DNA of 62,540 nt, the filler included, from Thermodesulfobacteriota bacterium (GTDB lineage Bacteria > DASVDK01), in NCBI GenBank assembly GCA_036381125.1. It is 4 parts of 4 records of this genome, joined end to end, with 100 filler letters (N's around TTAATTAATTAA, not from the genome) between each part and the next. Parts side by side here need not be neighbours in the genome. Positions count along the whole stretch, not along the records: positions 47,683 to 58,463 come from DASVDK010000229.1; positions 58,564 to 62,540 come from DASVDK010000231.1; 2 more parts are not named here. One strand, 5' to 3'. This document shows, one piece after another, positions 51,487-60,973 of this stretch. Within the stretch, counting starts at the first letter, position 1. Each line of letters begins with the position of its first letter. The notes under the pieces were generated by a model. The model saw only the letters and a program-made list of their open reading frames with translations, was not told where the DNA came from and ran no database searches. A program made the position numbers and the translations under genes.

Positions 51487-52536
51487 ATGCAGATCGGTTC
51501 CCTCACGCTCGAGAACAACCTGGTCCTCTCGCCGATGGCGGGGGTAACCGACCTGGTCTACCGGCAGCTCGCCCGCGAGCACGGCTGCGCGCTGGCGCTC
51601 ACCGAGATGGTGAGCGCCGCAGGGCTCACGCGCGGCAGCGGCAAGTCGTTCGCCCTCATGCGCAAGCACGGGGCGGAGCGTCCGCTCGGCGTCCAGCTCT
51701 TCGGCGGCGTCCCGTCCGAGCTGGCCGAGGCGGCCAGGATCGCGGAGGCCGAAGGGGCCGATCTCATCGACGTGAACTTCGGCTGCCCGGTGAAGAAGGT
51801 GACGCGCTACGGCGCCGGCTCGGCGCTCCTGCGCGAGCCGCTCAAGGTGGCCGAGATCCTCCGGACCATCCGCGCGGCGATCCGCATCCCGCTCACGCTC
51901 AAGATCCGCATGGGGTGGGACGCGACCTCGCGCAACTACCGCGAGATCGGCCGCATCGCGGAGGCGGAGGGCGCGGCCGCGATCACGATGCACGGCCGGA
52001 CGGTCAAGCAGATGTACACGGGCCGGGCGGACTGGGAGGCCATCGGCGACCTCAAGCAGACCGTCCGCATCCCGGTGCTCGGCTCGGGCGACCTCTTCTC
52101 GGCCGACGCCATCGTCCGGATGCTTCGCGAGACCGGCGCCGACGGGGCGTTCGTCGCCCGCGGCTCCATGGGCAACCCGTGGATCTTCGAGGAGACCCTG
52201 GCGAAGCTCGGCCGACGGGGCCCGTTCCGGCCGCCGACGGCGGCCGAGATTCGCCGCCAGGTCCACCTCCACTACGACCTCCAGGTGGAGGTCTTCGGCG
52301 AGGCCCGGGCGGTGCGCGAGATGCGCAAGCACCTCGCGTGGTACACGAAGGGGCTGCCCGACGGCGGCGAGTTCCGCAACACCGTGAACCGGCTCGATCG
52401 CGCCGACGCCGTGCGCGAGACCATCGAGCGCTTCTTCGATCGGGTCGAGCGGATCAAGGGCGACGAGCCGCTGCCGCGCGGCGGCGCCGCCTCGGAACAG
52501 GACCGCTGCGACGCGCCGGCCGTCTGCGCCGTCTAG
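51487..52536 (+). CDS. dusB: tRNA-dihydrouridine synthase DusB (NifR3)
   Basis: LSPMAGVTD, DVNFGCPVKKV, GAGSALL, MHGRT, GNPWIF, RKHLAWY; promoter TTGCCG-N17-TAGAAT (51426-51454). Confidence 0.95.
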   Translation: MQIGSLTLENNLVLSPMAGVTDLVYRQLAREHGCALALTEMVSAAGLTRGSGKSFALMRKHGAERPLGVQLFGGVPSELAEAARIAEAEGADLIDVNFGCPVKKVTRYGAGSALLREPLKVAEILRTIRAAIRIPLTLKIRMGWDATSRNYREIGRIAEAEGAAAITMHGRTVKQMYTGRADWEAIGDLKQTVRIPVLGSGDLFSADAIVRMLRETGADGAFVARGSMGNPWIFEETLAKLGRRGPFRPPTAAEIRRQVHLHYDLQVEVFGEARAVREMRKHLAWYTKGLPDGGEFRNTVNRLDRADAVRETIERFFDRVERIKGDEPLPRGGAASEQDRCDAPAVCAV

Positions 52537-52544
52537 GGTTGGCG

Positions 52545-53672
52545 ATGCCGAGCGAGGGGTACTATGAGGACATCCTCGACTCGCTCGACGACGCCGTCGT
52601 CGTCCTCGACCCCGCCGGCGTGGTCGTCGCCGTGAACCAGTCGGCCGAGGCGCTGATGGGGCTGTCGCGCACGACGGCGATCGGCTCGAGGCTCGAGACC
52701 CTCCTCCCCCGGGCCGACGCCCTCCACGCGCTCGCGGCGCGCTGCCTCCAGTCGGGCCTCTCCTGCGCCGACCCGGACGTCGCGCTCGAGGGGCGCCGCG
52801 GCGCGCGCAGCTCGGTCTCGGTCGTCTGCTCGCCGCTCACGCGCCGCGACGGCTCGGCCGACGGCGCCGTGCTCGCGCTGCGGGACCTGTCGCGCCTCAG
52901 GGCGCTCGACGCCGAGGCCCGGCGCGCCGACCGGCTCGGCGGGTGGGCCACCCTGGCCGCCGGCATCGCGCACGAGGTCAAGAACCCCCTCGGCGGCATC
53001 AAGGGCGCGGCCCAGCTCCTGCGCGACGAGTTGGCCGGCCACGCGGCGCTCGACGGCTACCGGGAGTACATCGACGTCATGATCCGCGAGGTGGGTCGGA
53101 TCGACCGGCTCCTGACGGAGCTGCTCACCTTCTCGGAGCCGCGGCCGCCCCGCTTCGCGCCGGTCAACCTGAACGGCCTGCTCGACACGATCCTCCTCCT
53201 GCAGACGACGAGCGAAGCTCGCGGCCAGGCGACCATCGTGAAGGAGTTCGACCCGTCCCTCCCCGAGGTGCAGGGCGACGCCGAGCAGCTCACGCAGGTC
53301 TTCCTGAACCTCGTCAAGAACGGGCTCGAGGCCATGGGGGGGAAGGGCGTCCTGCGGGTCGTGTCACGGCTCGACACCGACTACCGGATCCGGTCCCGGG
53401 ACAGCCAGGGCGGGCGCCGCACGCAGGTGGTGGCCATCGACGTGTCGGACAGCGGACCGGGGATCTCGCCGGACGACCAGGCGAAGCTGTTCACCCCCTT
53501 CTTCACCACGAAGGGGCGCGGCACCGGCCTGGGGCTGGTTCTCTCGCACCGCATCGTCCACGCCCATCGCGGCACGATGGCCGTCGCGAGCACCCCCGGG
53601 CGGGGGACCACGTTCACGACCTGGCTGCCCGTGAGCCCGGAGGGGCTCGCGACCGGCGCCGACAACGGGTGA
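52545..53672 (+). CDS. ntrB: PAS histidine kinase, NtrB-like
   Basis: PAS; AAGIAHEVKNPLGGIKGAAQLL; EFDPSLP; FFTTKGRGTGLGL; dusB-ntrB-ntrC synteny. Confidence 0.8.
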   Translation: MPSEGYYEDILDSLDDAVVVLDPAGVVVAVNQSAEALMGLSRTTAIGSRLETLLPRADALHALAARCLQSGLSCADPDVALEGRRGARSSVSVVCSPLTRRDGSADGAVLALRDLSRLRALDAEARRADRLGGWATLAAGIAHEVKNPLGGIKGAAQLLRDELAGHAALDGYREYIDVMIREVGRIDRLLTELLTFSEPRPPRFAPVNLNGLLDTILLLQTTSEARGQATIVKEFDPSLPEVQGDAEQLTQVFLNLVKNGLEAMGGKGVLRVVSRLDTDYRIRSRDSQGGRRTQVVAIDVSDSGPGISPDDQAKLFTPFFTTKGRGTGLGLVLSHRIVHAHRGTMAVASTPGRGTTFTTWLPVSPEGLATGADNG

Positions 53673-53676
53673 CACG

Positions 53677-55233
53677 ATGGCCGAGCGGGTGCTGATCGTC
53701 GACGACGAAGAGAGCATGCGGTTCGTCCTGCGGCGGGCGCTCGAGAAGGAAGGCTACGACGTCGAGGTGGCGGCAACCGGCGAGGCGGCCCTCGCGCGGG
53801 CGGCCGAGCGGCGCTTCGACCTCGTGCTCCTCGACATCCGGATGCCCGGCCTCTCGGGGCTCGACGTCCTGACGACGCTCAGGAGCGACGGCGCCGCGTC
53901 CGCCGAGGCGAACGGCGCGCGGGGGCAGGCGCCGACCGGCCCCGAGGTCATCATCCTCACCGCGCAGAACACGATGAAGAACGCGGTCGAGGCGATGAAG
54001 CGGGGCGCCTACGACTACCTCACCAAGCCGGTCGACCTCGACGAGCTCAAGGTCCTCGTGCGCAAGGCGCTCGACGCCCGCGCCCTCGCCTCGCAGATCG
54101 AGACCCTCAAGGCGGAGGTGCGCGAGAAGTACGACCAGGGCTACTTGCTCGTCGGGCAGTCGGAGCCGATGCAGCAGATCTTCAAGCTCATCGGGAAGGT
54201 CGCCAAGAGCGACGTGACGGTGCTCATCGAGGGGGAGAGCGGCACCGGCAAGGAGCTGATCGCGCGGTCGCTCCACTACCACAGCGACCGGCTCGGCAAG
54301 CCCTTCGTCGCCGTCAACTGCGCCGCCATCCCGCGCGACCTCCTCGAGGCCGAGCTGTTCGGCTTCGAGAAGGGGTCCTTCACGGGGGCCGTGGAGCGCC
54401 GGATCGGCCGCTTCGAGCAGGCCCACGGCGGCACGCTCTTCCTCGACGAGATCGGCGAGATGCCGCTCGAGCTGCAGGCGAAGCTCCTGCGCGTCATCCA
54501 GGAGCGGGAGATCGACCGGGTCGGCTCGAAGGGGACCGTTCCGATCGACGTGCGGATCATCGCCGCCACGAACCAGGACCTCCGCGCCCTCGTCCAGCAG
54601 CGCCGCTTCCGCGAGGACCTCTTCTACCGGCTCGACGTGGCGCGCATCCCGGTGCCCCCGCTCAGGGACCGGCGCGAGGACATCCCCGCCCTCGCCGACT
54701 TCTTCCTCTCCCGCTTCCGCAGCGAGCTGGCCGCGGGCGGCAAGTCGCTCTCGAAGGAGGCCCTGCGGCTCCTCACGGCGCACCACTGGCCCGGCAACGT
54801 CCGCGAGCTCGAGAACGCCCTCAAGCGGGCCGTCGTCCTGTCGTCGAACCCGACGCTCCTGCCGGAGGACTTCCCCGAGCTGCTCGCCACGCGCGGCCAG
54901 GGCCCGCGCATCGACGACCTCTCGCTCGAGGAGCTGCTCGAGGTGAAGCTGCGGCGGTTCCTCGACCAGATGGAAGGGCTCTCGCTGTCGGGCATCTACG
55001 GACAGGTGATCGAGGTCGTCGAGCGGCCGCTCCTCAAGCTGATCCTCGAGCGGACCGGCGGCAACCAGGTGCGGGCGGCCGAGATCCTCGGCATCAACCG
55101 CAACACGCTGCGCAAGAAGCTGTCGGTGCTCGGCGTACCGGTCCGCGCGACGCGCGGCGGCTCGCGCGAGAACGGCGGCAAGGCGGCCCTCCCGCCGCGC
55201 GAGAGCGGCGGCCGCGGCGGCGCGGACCTCTGA
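53677..55233 (+). CDS. ntrC: sigma54-dependent response regulator, NtrC-like
   Basis: REC, GESGTGKE, GSFTGA, WPGNVRELEN, GNQVRAAEILGINRNTLRKK. Confidence 0.8.
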   Translation: MAERVLIVDDEESMRFVLRRALEKEGYDVEVAATGEAALARAAERRFDLVLLDIRMPGLSGLDVLTTLRSDGAASAEANGARGQAPTGPEVIILTAQNTMKNAVEAMKRGAYDYLTKPVDLDELKVLVRKALDARALASQIETLKAEVREKYDQGYLLVGQSEPMQQIFKLIGKVAKSDVTVLIEGESGTGKELIARSLHYHSDRLGKPFVAVNCAAIPRDLLEAELFGFEKGSFTGAVERRIGRFEQAHGGTLFLDEIGEMPLELQAKLLRVIQEREIDRVGSKGTVPIDVRIIAATNQDLRALVQQRRFREDLFYRLDVARIPVPPLRDRREDIPALADFFLSRFRSELAAGGKSLSKEALRLLTAHHWPGNVRELENALKRAVVLSSNPTLLPEDFPELLATRGQGPRIDDLSLEELLEVKLRRFLDQMEGLSLSGIYGQVIEVVERPLLKLILERTGGNQVRAAEILGINRNTLRKKLSVLGVPVRATRGGSRENGGKAALPPRESGGRGGADL

Positions 55234-55886
55234 TGCTCGCGCTGCCGCCCCTCTACCCCATCGTCGACCCGGCGGCGGCGCGAGGCGGCCGAGACCCGGT
55301 CGACCGCGCGCGGTCGCTCGCCCGGGCCGTCCTGGCCGGCGGCGCGAGGATCCTGCAACTCCGCATGAAGGGAGGGCCGGGCGGCGCGGACGCCGGGGAC
55401 GTCCTGGCCGCCGCGAAGGCGCTCCGCCGGCTCACGCGAGACGCCGGCTGCCTCTTCATCGTGAACGACCGCGTGGACGTGGCGCTCCTGGCCGACGCCG
55501 ACGGCGTCCACGTCGGCCAGGAGGACCTCCCCTGCGTGGAGGTGCGGCGCCTCGTCGGCACGCGGCGGCTCGTCGGCGTCTCCACCCACACCGTCGACGA
55601 GGCGCGGGCCGCCGAGGCCGACGGGGCGGACTACATCGGGTTCGGGCCGATGTTCCCCACCGCGACCAAGACCGACACCCGCCCCCAGCGGACGCTCGAC
55701 CTCCTCCGCGAGGTCAAGGCCGCCGTCGGCATCCCGCTCGTCGCGATCGGCGGGATCACCGACGCCCGGATCCGGGAGGTGCGGGCGGCCGGCGCCGACT
55801 CGGTCGCCGTCATCTCGGCCATCATGGGCGCGGAGGACCCCGAGGCGGCCACCCGGGCGCTCGGCCGCCTCGCGGCGGCGTCGTGA
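55233..55886 (+). CDS. thiE: Thiamine-phosphate synthase
   Basis: LQLRMK, IVNDRVDVA, GVHVGQED, GVSTH, DYIGFGPMFPTATK, AIGGI. Confidence 0.95.
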   Translation: MLALPPLYPIVDPAAARGGRDPVDRARSLARAVLAGGARILQLRMKGGPGGADAGDVLAAAKALRRLTRDAGCLFIVNDRVDVALLADADGVHVGQEDLPCVEVRRLVGTRRLVGVSTHTVDEARAAEADGADYIGFGPMFPTATKTDTRPQRTLDLLREVKAAVGIPLVAIGGITDARIREVRAAGADSVAVISAIMGAEDPEAATRALGRLAAAS

Positions 55887-57136
55887 GCGTCCCCGCCGTC
55901 CCCCCCTCGGCCGGCCTGAGCTGCCTCAAGGCCGACGCCGTCCGGCGGGCCCTCGAGCACATCGCCGCCACCGACGCCGAGACGCTGGCCGACCAGCTCG
56001 TGTTCACCGCCATCGCGGCGCCGACCGGCGACGAGGGGCCGCGCGCCCGCGCGCTGGCCGAGCGGCTCGTCGCCGCGGGACTCCCGGACGTGACGCTCGA
56101 TGCCGTCGGCAACGTGCTCGGCCGGTGGCCGGCGTCGCCCGCCGCCGGGGAGCGCCGGCCCGCGCTCGCCCTGATCGCCCACCTCGACACGGTCTTCCCC
56201 GCAGGGACCGACCTCGCCGTGCGGCGCGAAGGGCCCCGCTACGTCGCGCCCGGCATCGGCGACAACGCGCGCGGCCTGGCCGGCATGGCCGCCGTGGCGC
56301 GCGCCGTCGCGTCGGCCCGGATCGCCTGCCGCTCGGAGCTGCTCTTCATCGGGTCGGTCGGCGAGGAGGGGCTCGGGAACCTGCGCGGGGTGCGTCACGT
56401 CTTCGAGGCGAGCCCGATCGGGCGGACGATCGGCCAGGTGATCGCCGTCGACGGCTGCGACGCGCGGCGGATCGTGCGCCGGGCCGTCGGCAGCCGGCGC
56501 TACCGCGTGACCTTCACCGGCCCGGGCGGCCACTCCTGGGGCTCGGCCGGCGCCCCCTCGGCGCTCAACGCGCTCGGGGACCTCATCACCCGGCTCGCCG
56601 CCCTCCCGCTGCCGACCGAGCCGCGCACGACGCTCAACGTCGGGACGGCGGCCGGCGGATCGGCCGTGAACGCCGTCGCCGCGACGGCCGAGTGCCTGCT
56701 GGAGGTGCGCTCCACCGGCGAGGCCGCCCTCATGCGCCTCGACTCGGCGATCCGCGGCGCGGCCTCGCAGGCCGCCGAGGCCGAGACGCGCCGGGCCGCC
56801 GGCGCGCCGCGCCGCGGCGGCGACGGGCGGCCGCCCCTCTCGGCGGCGGTCGAGCTGGTCGGCGCGCGGCCGTGCGGCGAGACGCCCGCCGACGCCCCCC
56901 TCGTCCGCGCCGCGCGGGCCGCGACGCTCGCCCTCGGGCTCTCGCCGACCGAGCCCGAGTCCTCGACCGACGCCAACGTGCCGATCGCCCGCGGCATCCC
57001 TGCCGTGACGCTCGGCGCGGGCGGCGTCTCGGGAGGCGCGCACACGCTGCACGAGTGGTTCGAGAACGAGGACGGCGCTCGCGGCGTGCAGCGCCTCCTC
57101 CTGGTCGCGCTCGAGGCGGCGGGGGTCGTCGCCTAG
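55883..57136 (+). CDS. M20/M25/M40 family metallo-hydrolase
   Basis: AHLDTVF, GIGDN, GEEGLGN, GGHSW, STDANV, HTLHEW. Confidence 0.88.
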   Translation: MSVPAVPPSAGLSCLKADAVRRALEHIAATDAETLADQLVFTAIAAPTGDEGPRARALAERLVAAGLPDVTLDAVGNVLGRWPASPAAGERRPALALIAHLDTVFPAGTDLAVRREGPRYVAPGIGDNARGLAGMAAVARAVASARIACRSELLFIGSVGEEGLGNLRGVRHVFEASPIGRTIGQVIAVDGCDARRIVRRAVGSRRYRVTFTGPGGHSWGSAGAPSALNALGDLITRLAALPLPTEPRTTLNVGTAAGGSAVNAVAATAECLLEVRSTGEAALMRLDSAIRGAASQAAEAETRRAAGAPRRGGDGRPPLSAAVELVGARPCGETPADAPLVRAARAATLALGLSPTEPESSTDANVPIARGIPAVTLGAGGVSGGAHTLHEWFENEDGARGVQRLLLVALEAAGVVA

Positions 57137-57342
57137 TTTGCGTCGGCTGTCCGATACGGCTATGGTGTCCCCGTGGTGCGGCACGCGAACGAGACGCGAC
57201 AACGGATCCCCTGGCCCCATCGACGTCACGCGGATCGAGTGATCGACCAGCCTCCCGTCCGCCCGGCCGGCGCCAGCGTCCACGTCACGGCCGCGGGCGA
57301 TCCCGCCTTCCGGGGGCGCTTCGACGCCTCCGTGCGGCGAGC

Positions 57343-58329
57343 ATGCCCGTGATCCCCGGCCCCGACGACGTCCTCGCGGCGGCCGAGCGCCTCGCGCCGC
57401 ACGTCGTCACGACACCGCTCCTCGAGTCCCCCCTCCTCGACGCTCGGGTCGGCGGGCGCCTGCTCCTCAAGGCCGAGATGCTCCAGCGGACCGGGGCGTT
57501 CAAGTGGCGGGGCGCGATGAACCGGCTGCTCCAGCTCTCGGACGACGAGCGGCGGCGCGGCGTCGTGGCGTTCTCGTCGGGGAACCACGGGCAGGCCGTG
57601 GCCGCCGCCGCGCGGCGAGTCGGCACGTCGGCCGTCGTCGTCATGCCGGCCGACGCGCCGCGCATGAAGGTGGACCGGACGCGGGCGCACGGCGCCGAGG
57701 TCGTCCTCTACGACCGGCTCCGCGACGACCGGGAGGCCATCGGCCGGCGGCTCGCGGCCGAGCGCGGCCTCGTCCTCGTCCCGCCGTACGACGATCCGAT
57801 GATCGCCGCCGGCCAGGGGACGCTCGCCCTGGAGGTCGCGCGGCAGGCGTCGGGCCTCGGCGCGCGGCTCGACGCCTTCCTCGTCCCCTGCTCCGGCGGC
57901 GGCCTCGCGGCCGGCTGCGCGCTCGCCCTCGAGCGCGAGAGCCCCGGCACCGAGGTCTACACCGTCGAGCCCGCCGGCTTCGACGACATGGCGCGCTCGC
58001 TCGCCGAGGGGCGGCGCGTCGAGAACCGGGCCGGCGGCCGGTCGATCTGCGACGCCCTCCTCGCCGCCGCCCCCGGCGAGATGACCTTCGAGGTCAACCG
58101 GCCCCGGCTCGCCGGCGGGCTCGTCGTGAGCGACGAGCAGGTCCTCGACGCCATGGCGGCCGCCTTCGACGCGCTCAAGGTCGTCGTCGAACCGGGCGGC
58201 GCCGTCGCGCTGGCCGCCGCCCTCTCGGGCGCCCTCGACTGCCGCGGCAAGACCGTGGCGGTCGTCCTCTCGGGCGGCAACGTCGACCCGGAGACGTTCG
58301 CGCGGGCGTTGAGCCGATCCCCTGCCTGA
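57343..58329 (+). CDS. PLP-dependent threonine/serine dehydratase (catabolic type / serine racemase-like)
   Basis: KAEMLQRTGAFKWRGA, SSGNHGQ, AGQGT, GGGL, EPGGA, LSGGNVD; no regulatory domain. Confidence 0.9.
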   Translation: MPVIPGPDDVLAAAERLAPHVVTTPLLESPLLDARVGGRLLLKAEMLQRTGAFKWRGAMNRLLQLSDDERRRGVVAFSSGNHGQAVAAAARRVGTSAVVVMPADAPRMKVDRTRAHGAEVVLYDRLRDDREAIGRRLAAERGLVLVPPYDDPMIAAGQGTLALEVARQASGLGARLDAFLVPCSGGGLAAGCALALERESPGTEVYTVEPAGFDDMARSLAEGRRVENRAGGRSICDALLAAAPGEMTFEVNRPRLAGGLVVSDEQVLDAMAAAFDALKVVVEPGGAVALAAALSGALDCRGKTVAVVLSGGNVDPETFARALSRSPA

Positions 58330-58394
58330 TCCCGCTCGCCCACCGGCGACGTCTCCATCCGGGGCACGGGGCGCACCGAAGGCGGATCCCCGTC

Positions 58395-58443
58395 TGGAAA
58401 ATGGAAAGGCCTGACCCCCTGGAAAATGGAAAGGCCTGACCCC
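58395..58443. repeat. Two tandem TGGAAAATGGAAAGGCCTGACCCC repeats (same family as 46624-46672)
   Basis: 25-bp period, located at the contig end. Confidence 0.8.
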
Positions 58444-58463
58444 ACTACCCCTTCACCGCCCCT

Positions 58464-58563
58464 NNNNNNNNNNNNNNNNNNNNNNNNNNNNNNNNNNNNN
58501 NNNNNNNTTAATTAATTAANNNNNNNNNNNNNNNNNNNNNNNNNNNNNNNNNNNNNNNNNNNN
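58464..58563. other. Artificial contig-joining spacer
   Basis: N44-TTAATTAATTAA-N44. Confidence 0.98.
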
Positions 58564-58755
58564 GATCGCGGGCCGCACGCGCGCCACGTCGGCGAGGAGG
58601 CTGTCGACGGCAGGCGCCGGCAGCCAGCGCTCGAGGTAGAAGAACTCGTTCTGGGCCCGGTACGTCCGCCGGACCGCCTCGACGTCGAGGGCCGCCACCG
58701 CCCGGGCGACCTCGCCCGGCACAGCGCCATGCCCTGGCCGAATCGGCGCCTGCAT
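58564..58755 (-). CDS. N-terminus of a probable 2OG-Fe(II) oxygenase-like protein (cut by gap)
   Basis: GGAGAGGAG SD; ...AVAALDVEAVRRTYRAQNEFFYLERWLP... resembles the N-terminal helix/strand of such oxygenases; catalytic part not visible. Confidence 0.45.
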
Positions 58756-58891
58756 TGCTGCTCCTCTCCCCAGGTTCCCTTATGATACTCGGGATGCGCC
58801 CCGGGACTGCGGTCCGGACCGTTCCGCAGGATCCCGCACGGGTGCCACGCGGCATGCAATGACGCGAGCCAGCGCCGCGGTAAGGAGGCAC

Positions 58892-59839
58892 ATGCGCAAC
58901 GCACGAGACATCTCGACTCCGAACAAGGCCTCCGCGCTTCGGGCGCTCCTGGCGCAACCCGGCGCGGCCATCGCGATCGGCGCGCACGATGCGCTCAGCG
59001 CGCGCCTCGCCGAGGAGGCCGGGTTTCCGGTCGTCTGGGCGTCGAGCTTCACCGTGGCGGCCGCCCAGCGGGCCATGCCGGACATGAACCTCCTCACCAT
59101 GACCGAGAACCTCGACGCGGCCCGGTACATGAACGACGCCGTGGGCGTGCCGGTCATCGCCGACTGCGACAACGGGTACGGCAACGCGCTCAACGTCATC
59201 CGGACCGTCGAGGAGTACGAGCGGGCCGGCATCGCCGGGATCTCGGTCGAGGACAACGTCTTCCCGAAGCGCTCGAGCCTCTATACGAACATCAGGCGCG
59301 AGCTGGCGCCCGCCGAAGAGCACGTGGGCAAGATCCGCGCGGCCAAGCGAGCTCAGCGCAACCCCGACTTCGTGGTCATCGCCCGCACCGAGGCGCTCAT
59401 CGCCGGCTACGGCGTGCCCGAAGCGCTCGCCCGGGCCCGCGCGTACGCGCAGGCGGGCGCGGACATGATCCTCCTCCACCACAAGGGGCCGACGGCCGAC
59501 GAGGTCTTCGACTTCATGCGCCGTTGGGACCTCGCGACGCCCATCGTCGTGGTGCCCACCCTCTATCCGTCCGTGCGCGTCCAGGACCTGGAGGCGGCCG
59601 GCGTCAAGCTCGTGATCGTCGCCAACCACCTGCTCCGCGCGGCCGTCAAGGCGATGCGCGAGGCGCTGAGCGCCCTGGCCGGCGCGCACAGCATCGAGGC
59701 GGCCGCGCCGCACGTCGTGCCGCTCGAGGACATCTTCCAGCTCGTCGAGCTCGCCAAGTTCAGGGCGCGCGAGGCGGAGTTCGTGCAGAACGGGCCGGGC
59801 GCCGCGTCCCCCGACCGCCCCAGGGGCGGCGCGGCGTGA
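58892..59839 (+). CDS. Phosphoenolpyruvate mutase-like protein (ICL/PEPM superfamily), atypical motif
   Basis: TAAGGAGG SD; GAHDALSA, WASS, DCDNGYG, EDNVFPKRSSL, IARTEALIAG, VVVPT, ANHLLRA; operon with Ppd- and AepZ-like genes. Confidence 0.85.
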   Translation: MRNARDISTPNKASALRALLAQPGAAIAIGAHDALSARLAEEAGFPVVWASSFTVAAAQRAMPDMNLLTMTENLDAARYMNDAVGVPVIADCDNGYGNALNVIRTVEEYERAGIAGISVEDNVFPKRSSLYTNIRRELAPAEEHVGKIRAAKRAQRNPDFVVIARTEALIAGYGVPEALARARAYAQAGADMILLHHKGPTADEVFDFMRRWDLATPIVVVPTLYPSVRVQDLEAAGVKLVIVANHLLRAAVKAMREALSALAGAHSIEAAAPHVVPLEDIFQLVELAKFRAREAEFVQNGPGAASPDRPRGGAA

Positions 59840-60972
59840 CCGGCCGCGACCTCGCCGAGGTCCTCGAAGGGCTCGGGTACGACTTCTTCACCGGCGTCCC
59901 CTGCTCGCTCGTCGAGGGGCTCCTGCGCGCGCTCGAGACGCACCCGCGCCTGCCCTACGTGCCGGCGCCGCGCGAGGACGTGGCGCTGGGGCTCGCCGCC
60001 GGCGCCTGGCTCGGCGGCCGGCGTCCCGCGGTGATCATGCAGAACTCGGGGCTCGGCACCGGCATGAACGCCCTCGCGTCGCTCTCGCTCCTCTACAGGC
60101 TCCCGGCGCTCCTCCTCGTGACGTGGCGGGGGTACGGCGGGCGCGACGCCCCCGAGCACCTGCTGACCGGGGCCGTCACACCTCGGCTCCTCGACCTCCT
60201 CGGCATGGCGCACCGCGAGCTGACGCGGGAGGCGGCCGCGTCGACGCTCGAGTGGGCGGCGGCCGAGTCGACGCGCCGGATGGAGCCGGTCGCGGTTCTC
60301 GTGCCGCCCGGCGTCCTCGAGGAGACGCCGGGGCGCCCGCCCGCGGCGGACGGCCGGGCGCCGTCCGCGCCGGCGGCCGACGTCGCGCGGGGGAGCGCGC
60401 CGCCGGCCGTCCTCTCACGCCTCGAGGCGCTGCGCGCGGCGGTCGGCGCGATCGGCCGGGAGCCGGCGATCCACGCCAACGGCTACATCGGTCGGGAGTC
60501 GCACGCCGTGGCCGACCGGCCGGAGAACTTCTACATGATCGGCTCCATGGGGCTTGCGTCGGCCATCGGTCTCGGCCTGGCGCTGGCCCGGCCCGATCGC
60601 CGCGTCGTCGTCTTCGACGGCGACGGCAACCTCCTCATGGGCCTCGGGACGCTCGCCCTCGTGGCGGCGGTCGCCCCCGCGAACCTCGCCCACGTCGTCT
60701 TCGACAACGCGGTCTACGGCTCCACCGGCGGCCAGCGGTCGATCTCGGCCGACGTGCGGCTCGACCGCCTCGCGGCCGCGGCCGGCTACGCCTCGGCGCG
60801 TGCCGTGACGGCCGCAGGGGAGGTCCGCGACGCGGTCGAGGCCGCCCTCGCCGGCGCCGGCCCCCACTTCGTCCTCGTCAGGGTGACCGCGGCGCAGGCG
60901 GATGTGCCGCGCATCCCGTATCCGCCCGTGGCCATCCGGGACCGCTTCCGCGCCGCCGTCGGAGGTCGCTAG
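59836..60972 (+). CDS. Phosphonopyruvate decarboxylase (or fused sulfopyruvate decarboxylase-like TPP enzyme)
   Basis: FFTGVPCS, MQNSGLG, WRG, NFYMIGSMG, DGDG...DN..YGSTGGQ TPP motif. Confidence 0.88.
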   Translation: MTGRDLAEVLEGLGYDFFTGVPCSLVEGLLRALETHPRLPYVPAPREDVALGLAAGAWLGGRRPAVIMQNSGLGTGMNALASLSLLYRLPALLLVTWRGYGGRDAPEHLLTGAVTPRLLDLLGMAHRELTREAAASTLEWAAAESTRRMEPVAVLVPPGVLEETPGRPPAADGRAPSAPAADVARGSAPPAVLSRLEALRAAVGAIGREPAIHANGYIGRESHAVADRPENFYMIGSMGLASAIGLGLALARPDRRVVVFDGDGNLLMGLGTLALVAAVAPANLAHVVFDNAVYGSTGGQRSISADVRLDRLAAAAGYASARAVTAAGEVRDAVEAALAGAGPHFVLVRVTAAQADVPRIPYPPVAIRDRFRAAVGGR

Positions 60973-60973
60973 C

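Noticed and set aside
57137-57342. ~200-nt leader before the dehydratase as a possible riboswitch or attenuator
   Set aside because: A plausible promoter (TTGCGT-N17-TATGGT) is present, but I found no recognisable aptamer, leader peptide or terminator.
21861-58563. Three TTAATTAATTAA palindromes within N runs
   Set aside because: Artificial scaffold linkers; genes on either side cannot be assumed adjacent.
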